A stretch of DNA of 64,000 nucleotides from an uncultured Verrucomicrobiae bacterium. GTDB lineage: Bacteria > Verrucomicrobiota > Verrucomicrobiia > Limisphaerales > JAFGQR01. Position 1 is the stretch's first letter; the number at the start of each line of letters is the position of its first letter. The position numbers and the translations under genes were made by a program. Of this stretch, positions 1-11,305 are shown in pieces. Under the pieces are notes generated by a model that was not told the origin of the DNA, searched no databases, and saw nothing but the letters and a program-made list of their open reading frames with translations. The stretch spans positions 32,001 to 96,000 of the forward strand of contig CAWBHS010000076.1 of NCBI GenBank assembly GCA_963788655.1, in the 5' to 3' direction.

Positions 1-508
1 GCAATAACGAGCGAGCGGGCGGCAAAAGTGCCCGCGGTGGTGGAAAGTTGATACTGGCTGGCAGGCGCGTCGGTAATCCGTTCCACCGCCCATGAACCTC
101 CGTTGGCTCCCCTCAAGACGCGGCAGTTCAACCGCACTTCCACGCCCGCGTCCGCGCATTCGTCTTCGAGCAGTTGCAGAATCTGTTTGGAGCTATGGTT
201 GCAGAAGAGTTGCCCGTGTTTCCGCTCGTGCCATGCGATGCGGTGTTGTTCGACCAGCGCGAGAAATCGTGCGGCGAGCAACGAGCGAGGGCGGACTTCA
301 GGAAATGGGGACTGCCGCTGGTGACGTAATTGGCCGCGGTGGCGCCGAGGTTGGTGAAATTGCAGCGGCCACCACCGGAGATGAGAATCTTGTTTCCGAG
401 CCGCGCCTGGTGTTCAAGCACGAGCACGCGCCGGCCGCGTCGGGCAGCCACCCGGGCACAGAAAAGGCCGGCGGCGCCCCCGCCAATAATGATGACATCG
501 TAGTTCAA
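1..508 (-). CDS. HI0933/BaiN-family FAD-dependent oxidoreductase (5' part; frameshifted near 260; runs off the window start)
   Basis: TTG start; YDVIIIGGGAAG Rossmann motif and GNKILISGGGRCNFTN signature. Confidence 0.85.
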
Positions 509-616
509 CCAGCACGTCCTCTTCTTTCGTGAATCCGGCAATCCAGCGAGCGAAGCCGAAGGAAAATGCCAGCGCGTGGAGCGGCACAACTCTAACCTGA
601 ACATTTCACAATCGCG

Positions 617-690
617 CTGTAGCCGCCGACGTGAGGAGGCGGACCTGCTGCCTCTTCCCGTGCTCCGCCTCCTCACGTCAGCGGCTACAG
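617..690. repeat. GTAG-type REP-like hairpin, family A
   Basis: CTGTAGCCGCCGACGTGAGGAGGCGGA ... TCCGCCTCCTCACGTCAGCGGCTACAG inverted arms; related copies at 11568 and inside the 132-bp elements. Confidence 0.9.
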
Positions 691-786
691 GCTGTCGGAG
701 TTTTATCGGGCAAAATATCCAGGCAAATGCGGCGCCATCCCGATTGCCACGGACGCGCATCGCCGCTAATATCATCGACCTCAAGC

Positions 787-1617
787 ATGACAACTCGGGC
801 TTTTAAACTGGCCATGGTGCAAATGCGCGTCAAAGGCGGCGCGCCGGCGGCCAACCTGGAACACGCCTCAGAGCGCATCGCCGAAGCGGCCCATCACGGC
901 GCCCAGGTGGTGTTGTTACCGGAGACGCTGGACTTGGGGTGGACGCATCCTTCCGCCAAAACCGGTGCGGGCAGTATTCCCGATGGCAACGCCTGCCGGG
1001 CGTTGTGCGCTGCCGCCAGAGCAAATCACGTGTATGTCTGCGCTGGGCTCACCGAGCGCGCCGACCAGGAAGTGTTCAATGCTGCCGTCCTGATTGATCC
1101 GGCCGGACACGTGTGCCTTCATCAGCGTAAGCTGAACGAATTGGAGATTGGCCACGAGTTCTATGCGCAAGGCGACCGGTTGGGAGTTGCTCACACTCCA
1201 TTCGGAACCATCGGCGTGATGATTTGCGCCGACGCGTTTGCCCGCGGCCAGGTGGTCAGCCGCACGTTGGGCCTGATGGGCGCGGAGATTATTCTCTCCC
1301 CGTCCGCCTGGGCCGTGCCGGCGGATCACGACAACACCCGCGATCCGTATGGGCAGCTTTGGCGTGACAACTATTGCCCCGTGGCGCGTGACTTCCGTCT
1401 CTGGATTGCCGGAGTGAGCAACGTAGGTCCGGTGACTTCGGGACCGTGGGAAGGCCGCAAGTGCATCGGCTGTTCCCTGTTAATTGATCCTCACGGCGAG
1501 GTGGTGTTACAGGGACCGTACGGGGAAACTGCGGAAACGGTTCTTTACGCGGATATTTCCCTGGCACCCCGCCCCGCCCGTGGCGACGGATGGAATCGGT
1601 TCTGGAATATCCTTTAG
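787..1617 (+). CDS. Carbon-nitrogen hydrolase (nitrilase superfamily)
   Basis: Catalytic triad motifs LLPE, RK, ICAD. Confidence 0.9.
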   Translation: MTTRAFKLAMVQMRVKGGAPAANLEHASERIAEAAHHGAQVVLLPETLDLGWTHPSAKTGAGSIPDGNACRALCAAARANHVYVCAGLTERADQEVFNAAVLIDPAGHVCLHQRKLNELEIGHEFYAQGDRLGVAHTPFGTIGVMICADAFARGQVVSRTLGLMGAEIILSPSAWAVPADHDNTRDPYGQLWRDNYCPVARDFRLWIAGVSNVGPVTSGPWEGRKCIGCSLLIDPHGEVVLQGPYGETAETVLYADISLAPRPARGDGWNRFWNIL

Positions 1618-1633
1618 GCCAAGGAATCCATGA

Positions 1634-4477
1634 TTGACGTTGAATTCCGGCTTAACCATGGTGAGTCCAATGCCCATGCCAATTAAATCTGTGAAAGCAC
1701 GTATCGTGTGGAACTGCGTAACGGCCATTGTCACCATGACCACCACCCTGGCCGCCGCGCCGTGGTCGGCTTTGGTTTCGCCGGATAATACGCTGGAGTT
1801 CAAGTTTCTTAAAGCTGACGCGGCGGTCTTTCATCTCACACTTGCCGGTTGGGGGCCGAATTGGCAATGGGTGGGGCTGAGCGCCAAGCAGAAGGCGAGC
1901 GGCGATAAGCTGGATGTCTCCGTGCCGTTTGTCGTCCGCAAGGCCGACGGTGAAGTCATCAACATCCGGTTCCAGTCCTGGAAAAGCGGGCCGCGCGAAG
2001 TGACGTTCCGTTACGATCTCACGGCCGCAAAAGATGTACCGGTGACGATGGTCATCGCGAGCCTCAGCGTGGAACGCGCTTTTTCCACAGGCGAATGGGT
2101 GCTGACCCACACCGACGGCAAGGCCAGCACGCTGAAGCTTCCCGTTGGCATCACCTCGCGACCGGCGGCGACGAAAGCCACGTTGCATCTGGCCAAGGCG
2201 GGTGACATCGCGATCGGCTTCGATCCGCCGTGCGGCATGGCTTTTGACCAAGACCTGCGGGTGATTCTCGCGCAGGACGTTTTCAAAGCCGGCTCGCGCG
2301 CTGTCACGCTCACCGTGACGTTGCCGGATGAAGTGGCGTTCCTGGCCCGGCAAGAAGACCTTGACCAGCTCACCAAGACGCTGGCCGGACCGGACTGGTT
2401 TCCCTTCGCGCCCACGGATGATCTCGGGCCCAGCGTCATCGGCATGGAAGATTGGTTGGAGAAACCCGCGGGCAAACACGGCAGTGTGCGTCACGCCGGC
2501 GACCGGTTCCAATTCGCCGACGGCACGCCAGTGAAGTTTTGGGGTGTCAACCTCTCCTACGGCCGCGGTTGCGCGCCGGCCCGGAAAGAAGCCGAGTTCA
2601 CCGCCGCCCGCTACGCCAAATACGGCATCAACGCCGTTCGCCTGCACAAATTCTCCTATCCCACCGATCACAGCGGCATCGCGGACAAAAACGATTCCAC
2701 GCGCATGACGCCCGAGGGTTTGGACCGTCTCGACTACTTCAGTGCCCAACTCAAGCAGCACGGCATCTATTACGCCTGGTCGCACACGTTCGGCTTCCAG
2801 GTCACACCAGGCCAGCGGGACCGGTTGCTGGCATACGACGAGATCGAGAAGCATCTGCAAGGGAAGACCTACGCCTTCATCAATCTCGCCGAGGACGTGC
2901 AGGATTTGATGATCGACATGGTGGTGCGGCTTTTGAAGCACAAGAATCCGCACACGGGCCTGACCTACGCTGAAGACCCCGCACTCGCCTATATCGAATT
3001 GCAGAACGAGGACGACATCTTTTTTTATACCAACGAAAAGGTGTTCAACGCTTGCCCCACTTACCGGAAACATTTTGTGGAGCGATTCAGCGAGTGGCTC
3101 AAGGCCAAGTACGGTTCCGAAGCCGCCTTAAAGCAGGCCTGGGGCGACGCGCTCAAGTCTGGCGAATCATTCGCGGCCAGGAACATTGTTCCGCAGGCCA
3201 ATCCGTGGTTCTTCGGTGAAGACAATCTGCCCAAGCAAACGGGCGGCGCGCGCCGGCGTCTGCTCGATACCGCCCAACACTTTCACGAGTTACAAAACAA
3301 GTTCTACGCCCGGTTCGTGAAAGCCATCCGCGACGCCGGTTACCAGGGCGCCCTGTGCGGTTCGCCCTGGCAGGCCCCGTCGATGTTGCCGCATTACCTC
3401 AATCTCCAGTCTGACGCGCTGGTGGGTTTCATCGACCGGCATAACTATTTCGGCGGCGGTTTGTTTGACACGATGCTCACCCGGCCCGGCAGCGGCTACT
3501 TCGGGACCGGCCTCCAGCAAGTGGCCGACCGGCCCTTTGGATTGAGCGAGTGGATTCATGTCTATCCGTCGCTCTACAGTGCGGAAGGTCCGGCGCTCAT
3601 CGCAGCCTATGGCCTGGGATTGCAGGGTTGGGACGCCAGTTTCGAATTCCAGTCGCAGATCAATCCCCACACCTTCAACGACCGCGTGGGCTGGCCGCCG
3701 TGGGGCGTCTGGGAAGCGGATGTGCCCACGCAACTGGGCCAGTATCCGGTGCTGGCGCGAATGATTTACCGGGGCGACGTGCAGGAGGCGGAAGTCATCT
3801 CGACGCGCCGCGTGAGCCGGAACGATCTCGCCACCGGCCAATTCAACTTCTCCGACCGCGTGCGGCAACAAGGCGACATCAAAACGTTCAGTGGCAGCGT
3901 GCCCGCCGAGGCGCTCACGGCGGGCCGGGTGGTGGTGGAGTTCACGGACCAGCCGCAACCCAGTACGTTCCCGGACCTGACGAAATATCGCCAGGACAGC
4001 ACCATCGTCAGCGCTACCAAGCAGCTTGCGTGGGACACCGCTGGCCAAGGATTCTTCACCGTGAACACCCCCGGTACCAAAGCGGTCGTGGGCTTCGCCA
4101 AGAACAAACCGCAACATCTCGGTGATGTGACCATCGAAGTGCAGTGCCCGTACGCCAGTGTGTTCCTTACGGCGACGCAACCGGGCGCCCCGCTCACCAC
4201 GGCGAAAACCGCTCTCCTTTCTGCCGTAGCCCGCAATTGCAACAGCGGCTTCAAGTATTTCGCCGTGGACGGCAAGACCCTGGACAACGGCAAGGCGCCA
4301 ATTCTGCTCGAACCTGTGAAGGCCACCGTTACCCTAACCGACCGGCCGGTGGCGGCGGTGAACGTCCTGGACCATTCCGGCCGCCGCAGCGGCAAGACCC
4401 TTCCCGTAACCAATGGACACTTCACAATCGACGGCGCGAAAGACCAGGCCCTCTACTACGAAGTCGTGTTTCGTTGA
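1634..4477 (+). CDS. Secreted clan GH-A-like glycoside hydrolase (GH5-like); true start may be slightly downstream
   Basis: N-terminal signal-like segment; FWGVN, GINAVRLH, ELQNE (acid/base) and LSEW (nucleophile) motifs. Confidence 0.7.
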   Translation: MTLNSGLTMVSPMPMPIKSVKARIVWNCVTAIVTMTTTLAAAPWSALVSPDNTLEFKFLKADAAVFHLTLAGWGPNWQWVGLSAKQKASGDKLDVSVPFVVRKADGEVINIRFQSWKSGPREVTFRYDLTAAKDVPVTMVIASLSVERAFSTGEWVLTHTDGKASTLKLPVGITSRPAATKATLHLAKAGDIAIGFDPPCGMAFDQDLRVILAQDVFKAGSRAVTLTVTLPDEVAFLARQEDLDQLTKTLAGPDWFPFAPTDDLGPSVIGMEDWLEKPAGKHGSVRHAGDRFQFADGTPVKFWGVNLSYGRGCAPARKEAEFTAARYAKYGINAVRLHKFSYPTDHSGIADKNDSTRMTPEGLDRLDYFSAQLKQHGIYYAWSHTFGFQVTPGQRDRLLAYDEIEKHLQGKTYAFINLAEDVQDLMIDMVVRLLKHKNPHTGLTYAEDPALAYIELQNEDDIFFYTNEKVFNACPTYRKHFVERFSEWLKAKYGSEAALKQAWGDALKSGESFAARNIVPQANPWFFGEDNLPKQTGGARRRLLDTAQHFHELQNKFYARFVKAIRDAGYQGALCGSPWQAPSMLPHYLNLQSDALVGFIDRHNYFGGGLFDTMLTRPGSGYFGTGLQQVADRPFGLSEWIHVYPSLYSAEGPALIAAYGLGLQGWDASFEFQSQINPHTFNDRVGWPPWGVWEADVPTQLGQYPVLARMIYRGDVQEAEVISTRRVSRNDLATGQFNFSDRVRQQGDIKTFSGSVPAEALTAGRVVVEFTDQPQPSTFPDLTKYRQDSTIVSATKQLAWDTAGQGFFTVNTPGTKAVVGFAKNKPQHLGDVTIEVQCPYASVFLTATQPGAPLTTAKTALLSAVARNCNSGFKYFAVDGKTLDNGKAPILLEPVKATVTLTDRPVAAVNVLDHSGRRSGKTLPVTNGHFTIDGAKDQALYYEVVFR

Positions 4478-4485
4478 TCAAGCGT

Positions 4486-4755
4486 GTTGCCGGCATCTTG
4501 CCGGCAGTTTGGAACGGCGGCGCCGCCGAAACGATGACGTGATGCTTGTGAACGACGCGCCAGAAGTCGCGCGCCAGCGTTTGGAGTACGCGCGGTGCGC
4601 CGCCGCTTTTGACGGAGGCACGCGTTTGGTTGCTTGCGATCGTACTCGACTGTTTTGGGGCGGTGGTCTGGGTTCGAAAGCGGTGCTTCACGCCGCACTC
4701 CAGGACGCTGGCGCGTCGCGGTATCCATTTCTGTCAACGGGACGCCGGCAGCATG
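4486..4755. repeat. Cluster of REP-like palindromes between convergent genes
   Basis: TGCCGGCATCTTGCCGGCAGTTTGGAACGG recurs near 27130; CGCGCCAGCGT ... ACGCTGGCGCG inverted pair. Confidence 0.65.
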
Positions 4756-6210
4756 CTAATGCAGGCTGGAATACCGTTTGCCATCCACCACCAAGTCCAA
4801 CCGGGTGACCAGCGTGCCGCCATGCGAACCATCCCAAACCTCGTTACCAAACCAAACCCCGACGATGCGGGCATCAGCCGGCAGGCCGCGCCGCGCGGCG
4901 TCAGCTACAAAAGCTTGCAGGCTAACCTTGGGCGGCGCGCCCCGAAACCCCCGAATTCGATATTGGAATTGGGCTACCCGTTGCTGGCGGTCCGGCCGGG
5001 TCTCGACATACTCGTAGTCACGGTAGCCATCGTTGACGGACTGTCCGGTGGCCTGTTTGCCATACCAGTCAAAGAGGATGCTGATCCGGTGGGTCAGCGG
5101 CCAGCCCGTTTCAGCGGCAGTCAGCCATACGTGGATCGACAAGTCATGATTGCCGGCGTCGTTATCCAGCCGGGTCACCGCGTCCAGTTCCATCGCAAAT
5201 GATTTTTCCTTGGACTCCTTGTCCAAGCGGATCATGGGAAACCACGAGTCGGTTCGATTGTGCGGGTTGAAATTGCCCGCGCCGATGCCCAAGAGAATCG
5301 GCTCCTTGCTGGCTGAAGCGCGTCGGTCCCAGGTCCAGCCACAACTGCCGTCCTCGTGCCGGAAAATGCGCTGCTCACAATTGACTTGGGCATCGCCCAC
5401 CAGGCCTTCCGGATCACTGACCAGCGTAAACAGCTTTCCATCGTCCAAGCTGAGGACGGCCCGATCACCTTCGCCCAAACCACCGCCAGTGATTCGATAG
5501 GTGTTCTCACTGACCCGCACCCGTGGCCAATTGGTGGCTTTCGATTTGAGCCGGCGGACCGCAAACCGGTTCACGTGGATCCAATGCTCCTTGTCGGGCG
5601 GGCCATTGTAGAACTGCAGGCTGGCCTTGGGCTCGCCCTTAACCGGCAGATCGCATTCACCCACGTCGCGCCACTCGCTCCAGGGGCGCGTGCGGAACTG
5701 GCCCCGTATCTGGTTGTTCACCGCTTGCAGGCGTAACTCCACGGTGTGGTCGTCCAGCGGAACGATGGCCACGGTGCGGGCGCGATCATTTTCCTCGCGA
5801 CCCATGACAATGGACAACCGGCCGCTCACCAGTTCCTTTCCCAGCTTGACCATGTTGCTGTCATCGTAGAACCAGGCCAAATCGGCCTGCTCCCACTGAG
5901 CGGTGGGCGCGTTGCTGAAGGTGACGGAAATCTCCACCGGCGTGTCCGCGGGCGCCGGGATGGGGCGCACCAAAACATTTTTCGCGTTGTTGGCGGAGCC
6001 CCACATATTGCCGGGCTGCACGCGCACCTCCAATCCCGGTGGTCCGACCCGCCAGGCGGTCCGGTCCTCGCGCTCCCACGACCAACCCTCAGCCAACTTG
6101 CCATTGAACTCATCCTGGAAAACCAGTTCGCCCGGCTCGGCACTCCACACCGCTGCGGTGGAAGCCAAGAGGAGGGCCAGAAGGACGTACGCATGGTGTT
6201 GCTTTGACAT
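4756..6210 (-). CDS. Secreted protein with N-terminal ConA-like (DUF1349-type) beta-sandwich and an unknown second domain
   Basis: Signal peptide MSKQHHAYVLLALLLAS; FQDEFNGKLAEGWSWERE...WEQADL...DDSNMVKL pattern. Confidence 0.65.
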   Translation of the reverse strand: MSKQHHAYVLLALLLASTAAVWSAEPGELVFQDEFNGKLAEGWSWEREDRTAWRVGPPGLEVRVQPGNMWGSANNAKNVLVRPIPAPADTPVEISVTFSNAPTAQWEQADLAWFYDDSNMVKLGKELVSGRLSIVMGREENDRARTVAIVPLDDHTVELRLQAVNNQIRGQFRTRPWSEWRDVGECDLPVKGEPKASLQFYNGPPDKEHWIHVNRFAVRRLKSKATNWPRVRVSENTYRITGGGLGEGDRAVLSLDDGKLFTLVSDPEGLVGDAQVNCEQRIFRHEDGSCGWTWDRRASASKEPILLGIGAGNFNPHNRTDSWFPMIRLDKESKEKSFAMELDAVTRLDNDAGNHDLSIHVWLTAAETGWPLTHRISILFDWYGKQATGQSVNDGYRDYEYVETRPDRQQRVAQFQYRIRGFRGAPPKVSLQAFVADAARRGLPADARIVGVWFGNEVWDGSHGGTLVTRLDLVVDGKRYSSLH

Positions 6211-6576
6211 AACTCGCAGATGTGATTTGTTGCGCGGTAGGATCGGCAATCGCTCTCCCCTCGTCAACACCAACGATTGAGCTTGCGCCTTGGGGTGAGT
6301 ATTAATTCCACAATAGCCGCGACTGACCCGTTTACGGCCATCTGCTGACTCATCCCGGACTTTCGTTACCGAGGGGTCCGCTGGATTCACTTCAATAATC
6401 GGCCAATCGCCTGGCGCTCCTCCCTCTCCCCTCAACGGAAGAGGGGCCGTGCGAAGCCAATTTTCATAATGAAGTATTGGGCCAAAGTGCGCGCACGGTC
6501 AAGGGCGTTGGCGTCAATTTGCCGCCGCGATGTTTTGGAGCTTATTCCACTTCGCGTTCAAGCTGAGACTTCAAGC

Positions 6577-6640
6577 GGAGCGCGGACATTCCTGTCCGCT
6601 GGTGCGGCCCATACCCGCCGAGCGGACTGTATGTCCGCGA
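6577..6640. repeat. GGAG-type REP-like hairpin, family B (degenerate right arm)
   Basis: GGAGCGCGGACATTCCTGTCCGC, near-identical to copies at 9873 and 12325. Confidence 0.8.
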
Positions 6641-6665
6641 TGCAACAAATTGAGACAAACTGTCT

Positions 6666-9600
6666 TCATGGCACCAGCAACACCCGATAGAATCGATGGC
6701 CGGTTGCGGGCGCCGCCAAATCAACAGCAGCTCCGGTGGAACTTGAGGCGGTGACGACTTCGCCCCAATCGGTCCATTGCGCCTCGGTCACCTCATCTTT
6801 GAACTGCACCCGGTAACTGCGACCCGGGACAGCGCTCCATAGCACCGTCGTGCTGCCGCTGCCTGGCGAAGTGATGGTCATTACGCGCAAGACGGAGCCA
6901 TCATTCCGCGGATCGGTGCCCGCGCGAAACTCGTCGCCATCCGTGGCGCCATCGTGATCGAAATCGCCGGAGCCATCCCGATCCAGCGTTTCGAAGTAGG
7001 CCAGTTCCCAATCATCATCCAGGCCGTCGCCATCGGTGTCGGCGCCGCCCAGTTGCAGGACAAAGACATCCCGCATCCCGTTGTAATCATTGGGCACCAG
7101 GTCGCTGGCGAAGCTTTGGAAAACCACCGTGCGCCCATTGGCGGCCATGACTGGCTTGGTGGACGGGCCGTTGCCCGAGCCGGTGCCAGTTTGGTTCAGG
7201 CTCACGAGCAGCGTGGTCCCCAGCCAGCGGTCATGCACGAAAATGTCGCTGACGTGGTTGGTGTCATTCGCCACCAGGTCACTGGCCCGGCTGGTGAAGA
7301 CCACGTAACGTCCGTCGCCACTGATCAAGGGCGTGGTGGAATCGCCGTTACCACCGTTACCCGTATGACTGCGGCTCACCAGCTCCGTGGTGTCCTGCGC
7401 CAGGTTTCGGACGAAAATGTTGGTCGGTCCAGTGCCATTGGCGGGGGCTTCGAACGCCACCAGAGTGCCATCACGGTTCAGGTTCGGAGCGCTCCCATTC
7501 GTGCTCGCAACGAGTGTGGTTTGCGCCTCCAAATCGCGGACCGTCACGCTGAAATTCGTGCTCACGAACGCCACACGGCGCGAGTTAGCGCTGAACGTGC
7601 CGCCCTCAGCGCAGCCCCAATTCGGCTCGCCATTGGGACCGACGCTGAGCAGCACGGTGGTCCGATTGAGCAGATCGCGGCCGAACAAGCTGGGCACGTG
7701 GTTGACATTGTTCGTGGTCAGGTTGGCTTCCGAGGCGGAGAACAACACCCAACGTCCATCCGGGCTAAAGGTCGAATTGGTGGTGCCCGGAGTGTATAAT
7801 CCCGAGCCGGCAAGATTGACACTGATCAAGTCGTTGGTTCCCGTCAACAGGTCGTGAAGGAAGACATTGTACCGGTAGCCTCCCCCGCCGACTCCGGGCA
7901 CCAGTTCACTCACGTCAGCGTCACAACTGAACGCCACTGCGCGTCCATCCGGGCTCATTCGAGGCGAAAAACAATTTCCCACCAGTTCGCCAGCAGAATT
8001 CACGTTGACCGGAACGGGTGCGCCGTTGGTTAGACTCCGCCAATACACGTTGCCGGGAGTGGTTGCCACGGCGTAAGTGATGAAATTCTCCGGCTTCTCC
8101 CACAAGAATGCAGCCTCGTTGCCGTCACCGCTCAACGCCACCTCCCGCGCAAATATACGCAGCGGGCTGAAGCTGCCGTCGGCCTCCACGCTCAGGGGTA
8201 AGGTCAGACCTGAATTGAGGTCGCGCACAAAGGCGTCCTGCCAACCGTTGGTATCGCCCGGAGCCAGCGTATTGTCCCAACTGGTGAAGGCGATTTTGGA
8301 TCCGTCGGCGCTGAGGGCTTTGATCTCGGTCGCGCACAGCGCGGCGCCCAGCGTTGATTCGCGACCGGGAATGACTTCCGTAATCAAGCGGGTGGTCCCG
8401 GCTTCCACATCGCGCACAAAGATATCGCTCGAGCGATTGAGGTCGCCGGACACCAACGAACCGTCCAGGGACTCGAACACCACGAAACGGCCATCCGGGC
8501 TGATGGCTGGCGGCGCATAATCCAGGTGCAAGATGCCCGGTTGCCCATTCGCGTTGGCGCTCACCAGGCTCGCGGTGCCGTTCGTTAGGTTGCGCTGAAC
8601 GACCTGCCAAATTCCGTTCGTCTCGCCGTTGTCCAGCACAATGCCCTCGCTCAGAAAAGCCGCATGATGACCATCGGGCGTCATCACCGCATGACTGGCC
8701 CAAAAACCGGGGTCCTGGCTGGGAGGGCCGCCGGGCAGATTCAGCGCCGTGTTGGTGCCGGATTCCCGATCCCAAATCATTGAGATCGTTTCCTCGCCGT
8801 ACAATACGAACTGGCCATCATCACTCAATTCCAGGGTGGACTCGATGTCGGTGCGGTTGGTGCCGACCACCTGGCTTTGGCCAGCCAACACGTCGTGGCA
8901 AACCACCAGGATATTGGAGGTCGCCTCGGCAACCGCAAAGAACGCCACATACCGTCCATTGGCGCTGACCTTCGGGGCATAGCAGCGGTAAGTGGTGTTG
9001 GTCTCAAACAAGCTTCCCACATTGGTGACTCACGCAAAGAGGTCTGACCGGCCTGCACGTCCCGCAGGTAAATCTCGCCCAAACGATTCGTCACACCAGG
9101 TACCAAATCCGTGGCCGTGCTCAGGAAGGCCACGTAACGCCCGTCCGGCGTCAGGGCGGCTTCGGAGGACTGGCCATTGCCCGTACTGGTGGTGGCGTTC
9201 ACGCTCACCAGTCGCGTGAGACCGGACTGCGTGTCGCGCAGGAACACGTCCATTTCTTGATTGGTATCCAACTCGGTCACCAGATTGGTGGCCAGGCTTT
9301 CAAACACCACCCAACGCCCGTCCGCCGAGATGAGCGGATGATCGGAAAGCGGGCGGTTGATTCTTGGCGTGGATTCGCGGACTGCCTCCCGCTAGATCGG
9401 CACTGACCAAGGTGGTCGTGCTGGCCTCCAGGTCGCGCAGGAAAATGTCGCTGGTGTCGTTCGTGTCGTCCGGCACCAGGTTGCTGGCGGCCGTCGCGAA
9501 GACCACGAATTGCCCGTTCGAGGAAATGGCCATGCTGCCGACGTTGGCGTTGCCGCCGCCGGTTCCGGAAGTGTTCACGCTGGCTAGCACCGTCTCGTGG

Positions 9601-9867
9601 GTTTCCAAGCGATGCACGAACAGATCCAGACTACGGTGCTTGATCGTCGTTGGTGACTAATGTTGGCGCGTAACTGAGAAATGCCACCGAGCGTCCATCC
9701 GCGCTCATTGTCGGCAGGAACGAACCGCCGGCCGCACGATTCAGGCCGGGAGTGACGGAGAGCGGTTGCACCGGTTCGGCGGCACACGGATTTGCCGTTG
9801 GCAACATTGCCGCGAGCAGCGCCAATAGGGCGACGGCAACAAAGCGTCGTAACGGCGGCAGCGGCAT
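6666..9867 (-). CDS. Secreted TolB-like/PD40 beta-propeller protein with Ca-binding DxDxDG repeats; split over four ORFs
   Basis: Signal peptide from MPLPPLRR; many 'SxDGRxVxFxSxAxNLV..DTN..DIF' repeats across ORFs 9631-10005, 9300-9617, 8825-9310, 6666-9020; DTDGDGLDDDWE. Confidence 0.85.
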
Positions 9868-9872
9868 ACGAA

Positions 9873-9944
9873 CCGGAGCGCGGACATTCGTGTCCGCTTC
9901 CGGCGCCCAGCCCTCCGAAGCGGACACGAATGTCCGCGCTCCGG
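9873..9944. repeat. GGAG-type REP-like hairpin, family B
   Basis: CCGGAGCGCGGACATTCGTGTCCGCTTC ... GAAGCGGACACGAATGTCCGCGCTCCGG, perfect inverted arms. Confidence 0.9.
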
Positions 9945-10025
9945 CCAACGAGGTTTCGGAATTGTTCTGTCGTGGTAGCAGAGAACAGCACGTTAAAGAT
10001 TTCATGCGCGTGAAAGGGGTTGAGG

Positions 10026-10979
10026 TTAAAGCCGGGGCAACAAGACGTGATAAACGCCGTTATCGCCTTGCTGTTCCAGCGTCTCGTCCGCATAACGTTT
10101 TAGAGTGAGGCTGGTGGTTTGCAGCACTTGGCCGTCGTACAGCAACAGATTGCCCGATTGATTGTGCAAGCCGGTGAGCCATTTGAAAAAGTTTGGAGAG
10201 TTATGGTAGTTAATGCCCGCAGCCGTCGTGACTCCACTCGAGCAACCAACGTTGTACCCGTTGACAAACATGTTGCGATCGGCGCCAATGAACGACCGGG
10301 TTGATCCCGAAAACACATCCAGGGCAATCAAATAGCTGACCGCTTGGTTGCGATACCCCGGATTCAGGAAGCCTCCATCCAGGGAACCGGAAAAGTCCCG
10401 CGCGACTTTGGTTTGTTCATCGGCGGGGCAGGCCAGGATGCGGGGCGTGGTGATCTCGTTGGACATCCAGGCGTAGTGGAACCAGGCATTGTTGATGTAG
10501 ATGCTCCAACTCGGGCGCGGCACGTCGGTACAGAACGTCGGGTAAAACCAGAGGCCCCCTTCGCAAAACGGCGTCCGAATGGGCATCGCGTCCCCGTGAT
10601 CATTGCCCCACAGATGATACGCCTCGCCGAGTTGGCGCAGGTTGTTCACGCAATCCACCCGGTCGGCGTATCCCCGACTACTGGCCAAAACCGGCAAGGT
10701 TACCGTAGCCAGCAGCGCCAGCGCGGCGATGATGGCCACCAGTTCAATCCGCGTGAAGGCGGCCGTGTCTGCCGTCCGCGGGATGCGGGTGGGGATGGGG
10801 CGCGCGCCCGCCCCGGGCGCCGTGGTTGGCGCCTCGCCAACCACCGTGCCTATCCCGAGTGGCTTGCGATTCAGTGGCTGCTCAGTTGCTGGGTCAACCG
10901 GCGAGGGCGCCGGTTGGCGGCGCCCGAGGCGGGCGCGCTCCCCGTCATCAATTCGAGAGATAGGGTTTGGAGTGTACAT
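10026..10979 (-). CDS. Prepilin-type N-terminal cleavage/methylation protein with H-X9-DG motif
   Basis: AFTRIELVAIIAALALLA; CVNNLRQLG; H-NQSGNLLLY-DG. Confidence 0.9.
   Translation of the reverse strand: MYTPNPISRIDDGERARLGRRQPAPSPVDPATEQPLNRKPLGIGTVVGEAPTTAPGAGARPIPTRIPRTADTAAFTRIELVAIIAALALLATVTLPVLASSRGYADRVDCVNNLRQLGEAYHLWGNDHGDAMPIRTPFCEGGLWFYPTFCTDVPRPSWSIYINNAWFHYAWMSNEITTPRILACPADEQTKVARDFSGSLDGGFLNPGYRNQAVSYLIALDVFSGSTRSFIGADRNMFVNGYNVGCSSGVTTAAGINYHNSPNFFKWLTGLHNQSGNLLLYDGQVLQTTSLTLKRYADETLEQQGDNGVYHVLLPRL
10797..10943. repeat. REP-like inverted pair (family C) inside the prepilin leader
   Basis: GGGGCGCGCGCCCGCCCCGGGCGCC ... GGCGCCCGAGGCGGGCGCGCTCCCC; a single arm recurs at 58565-58611. 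Confidence 0.8.
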
Positions 10980-10987
10980 GGCATGGT

Positions 10988-11305
10988 TCAATACTGTTTT
11001 TGTTTCAACCGCCAGAACCGGCTGGCCGGCTCTGACAAGCTGGTGAGGTAGGCGGTGGCGAAGGAAACGTTCTCGGAAAAGCGGACCACAATGTAGAACG
11101 GCGGGAAGTCGGGATCGGTGATGGCGGAAATGAGGGACGGACCGGTCTGATCGGGCGATTCCTGCGCGGCGAGCGTTGATTTCCCGGCAAGTCCGACCAG
11201 GGGCAAGGGACCGACCTGGGCGTTAGCCAGCGTGACAAGGGCGGCAAAGCCGATCCACGTTGATGTCAGTATCCAATAACCCGTTTTCCAAACTCCACAT
11301 CGCAT
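10988..11305 (-). CDS. Small secreted protein or internally deleted remnant of an Ig-like surface protein
   Basis: Signal-like N-terminus; DQTGPSLISA...VVRFSENV Ig-like start; ends RFWRLKQ. Confidence 0.5.
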   Translation of the reverse strand: MRCGVWKTGYWILTSTWIGFAALVTLANAQVGPLPLVGLAGKSTLAAQESPDQTGPSLISAITDPDFPPFYIVVRFSENVSFATAYLTSLSEPASRFWRLKQKQY

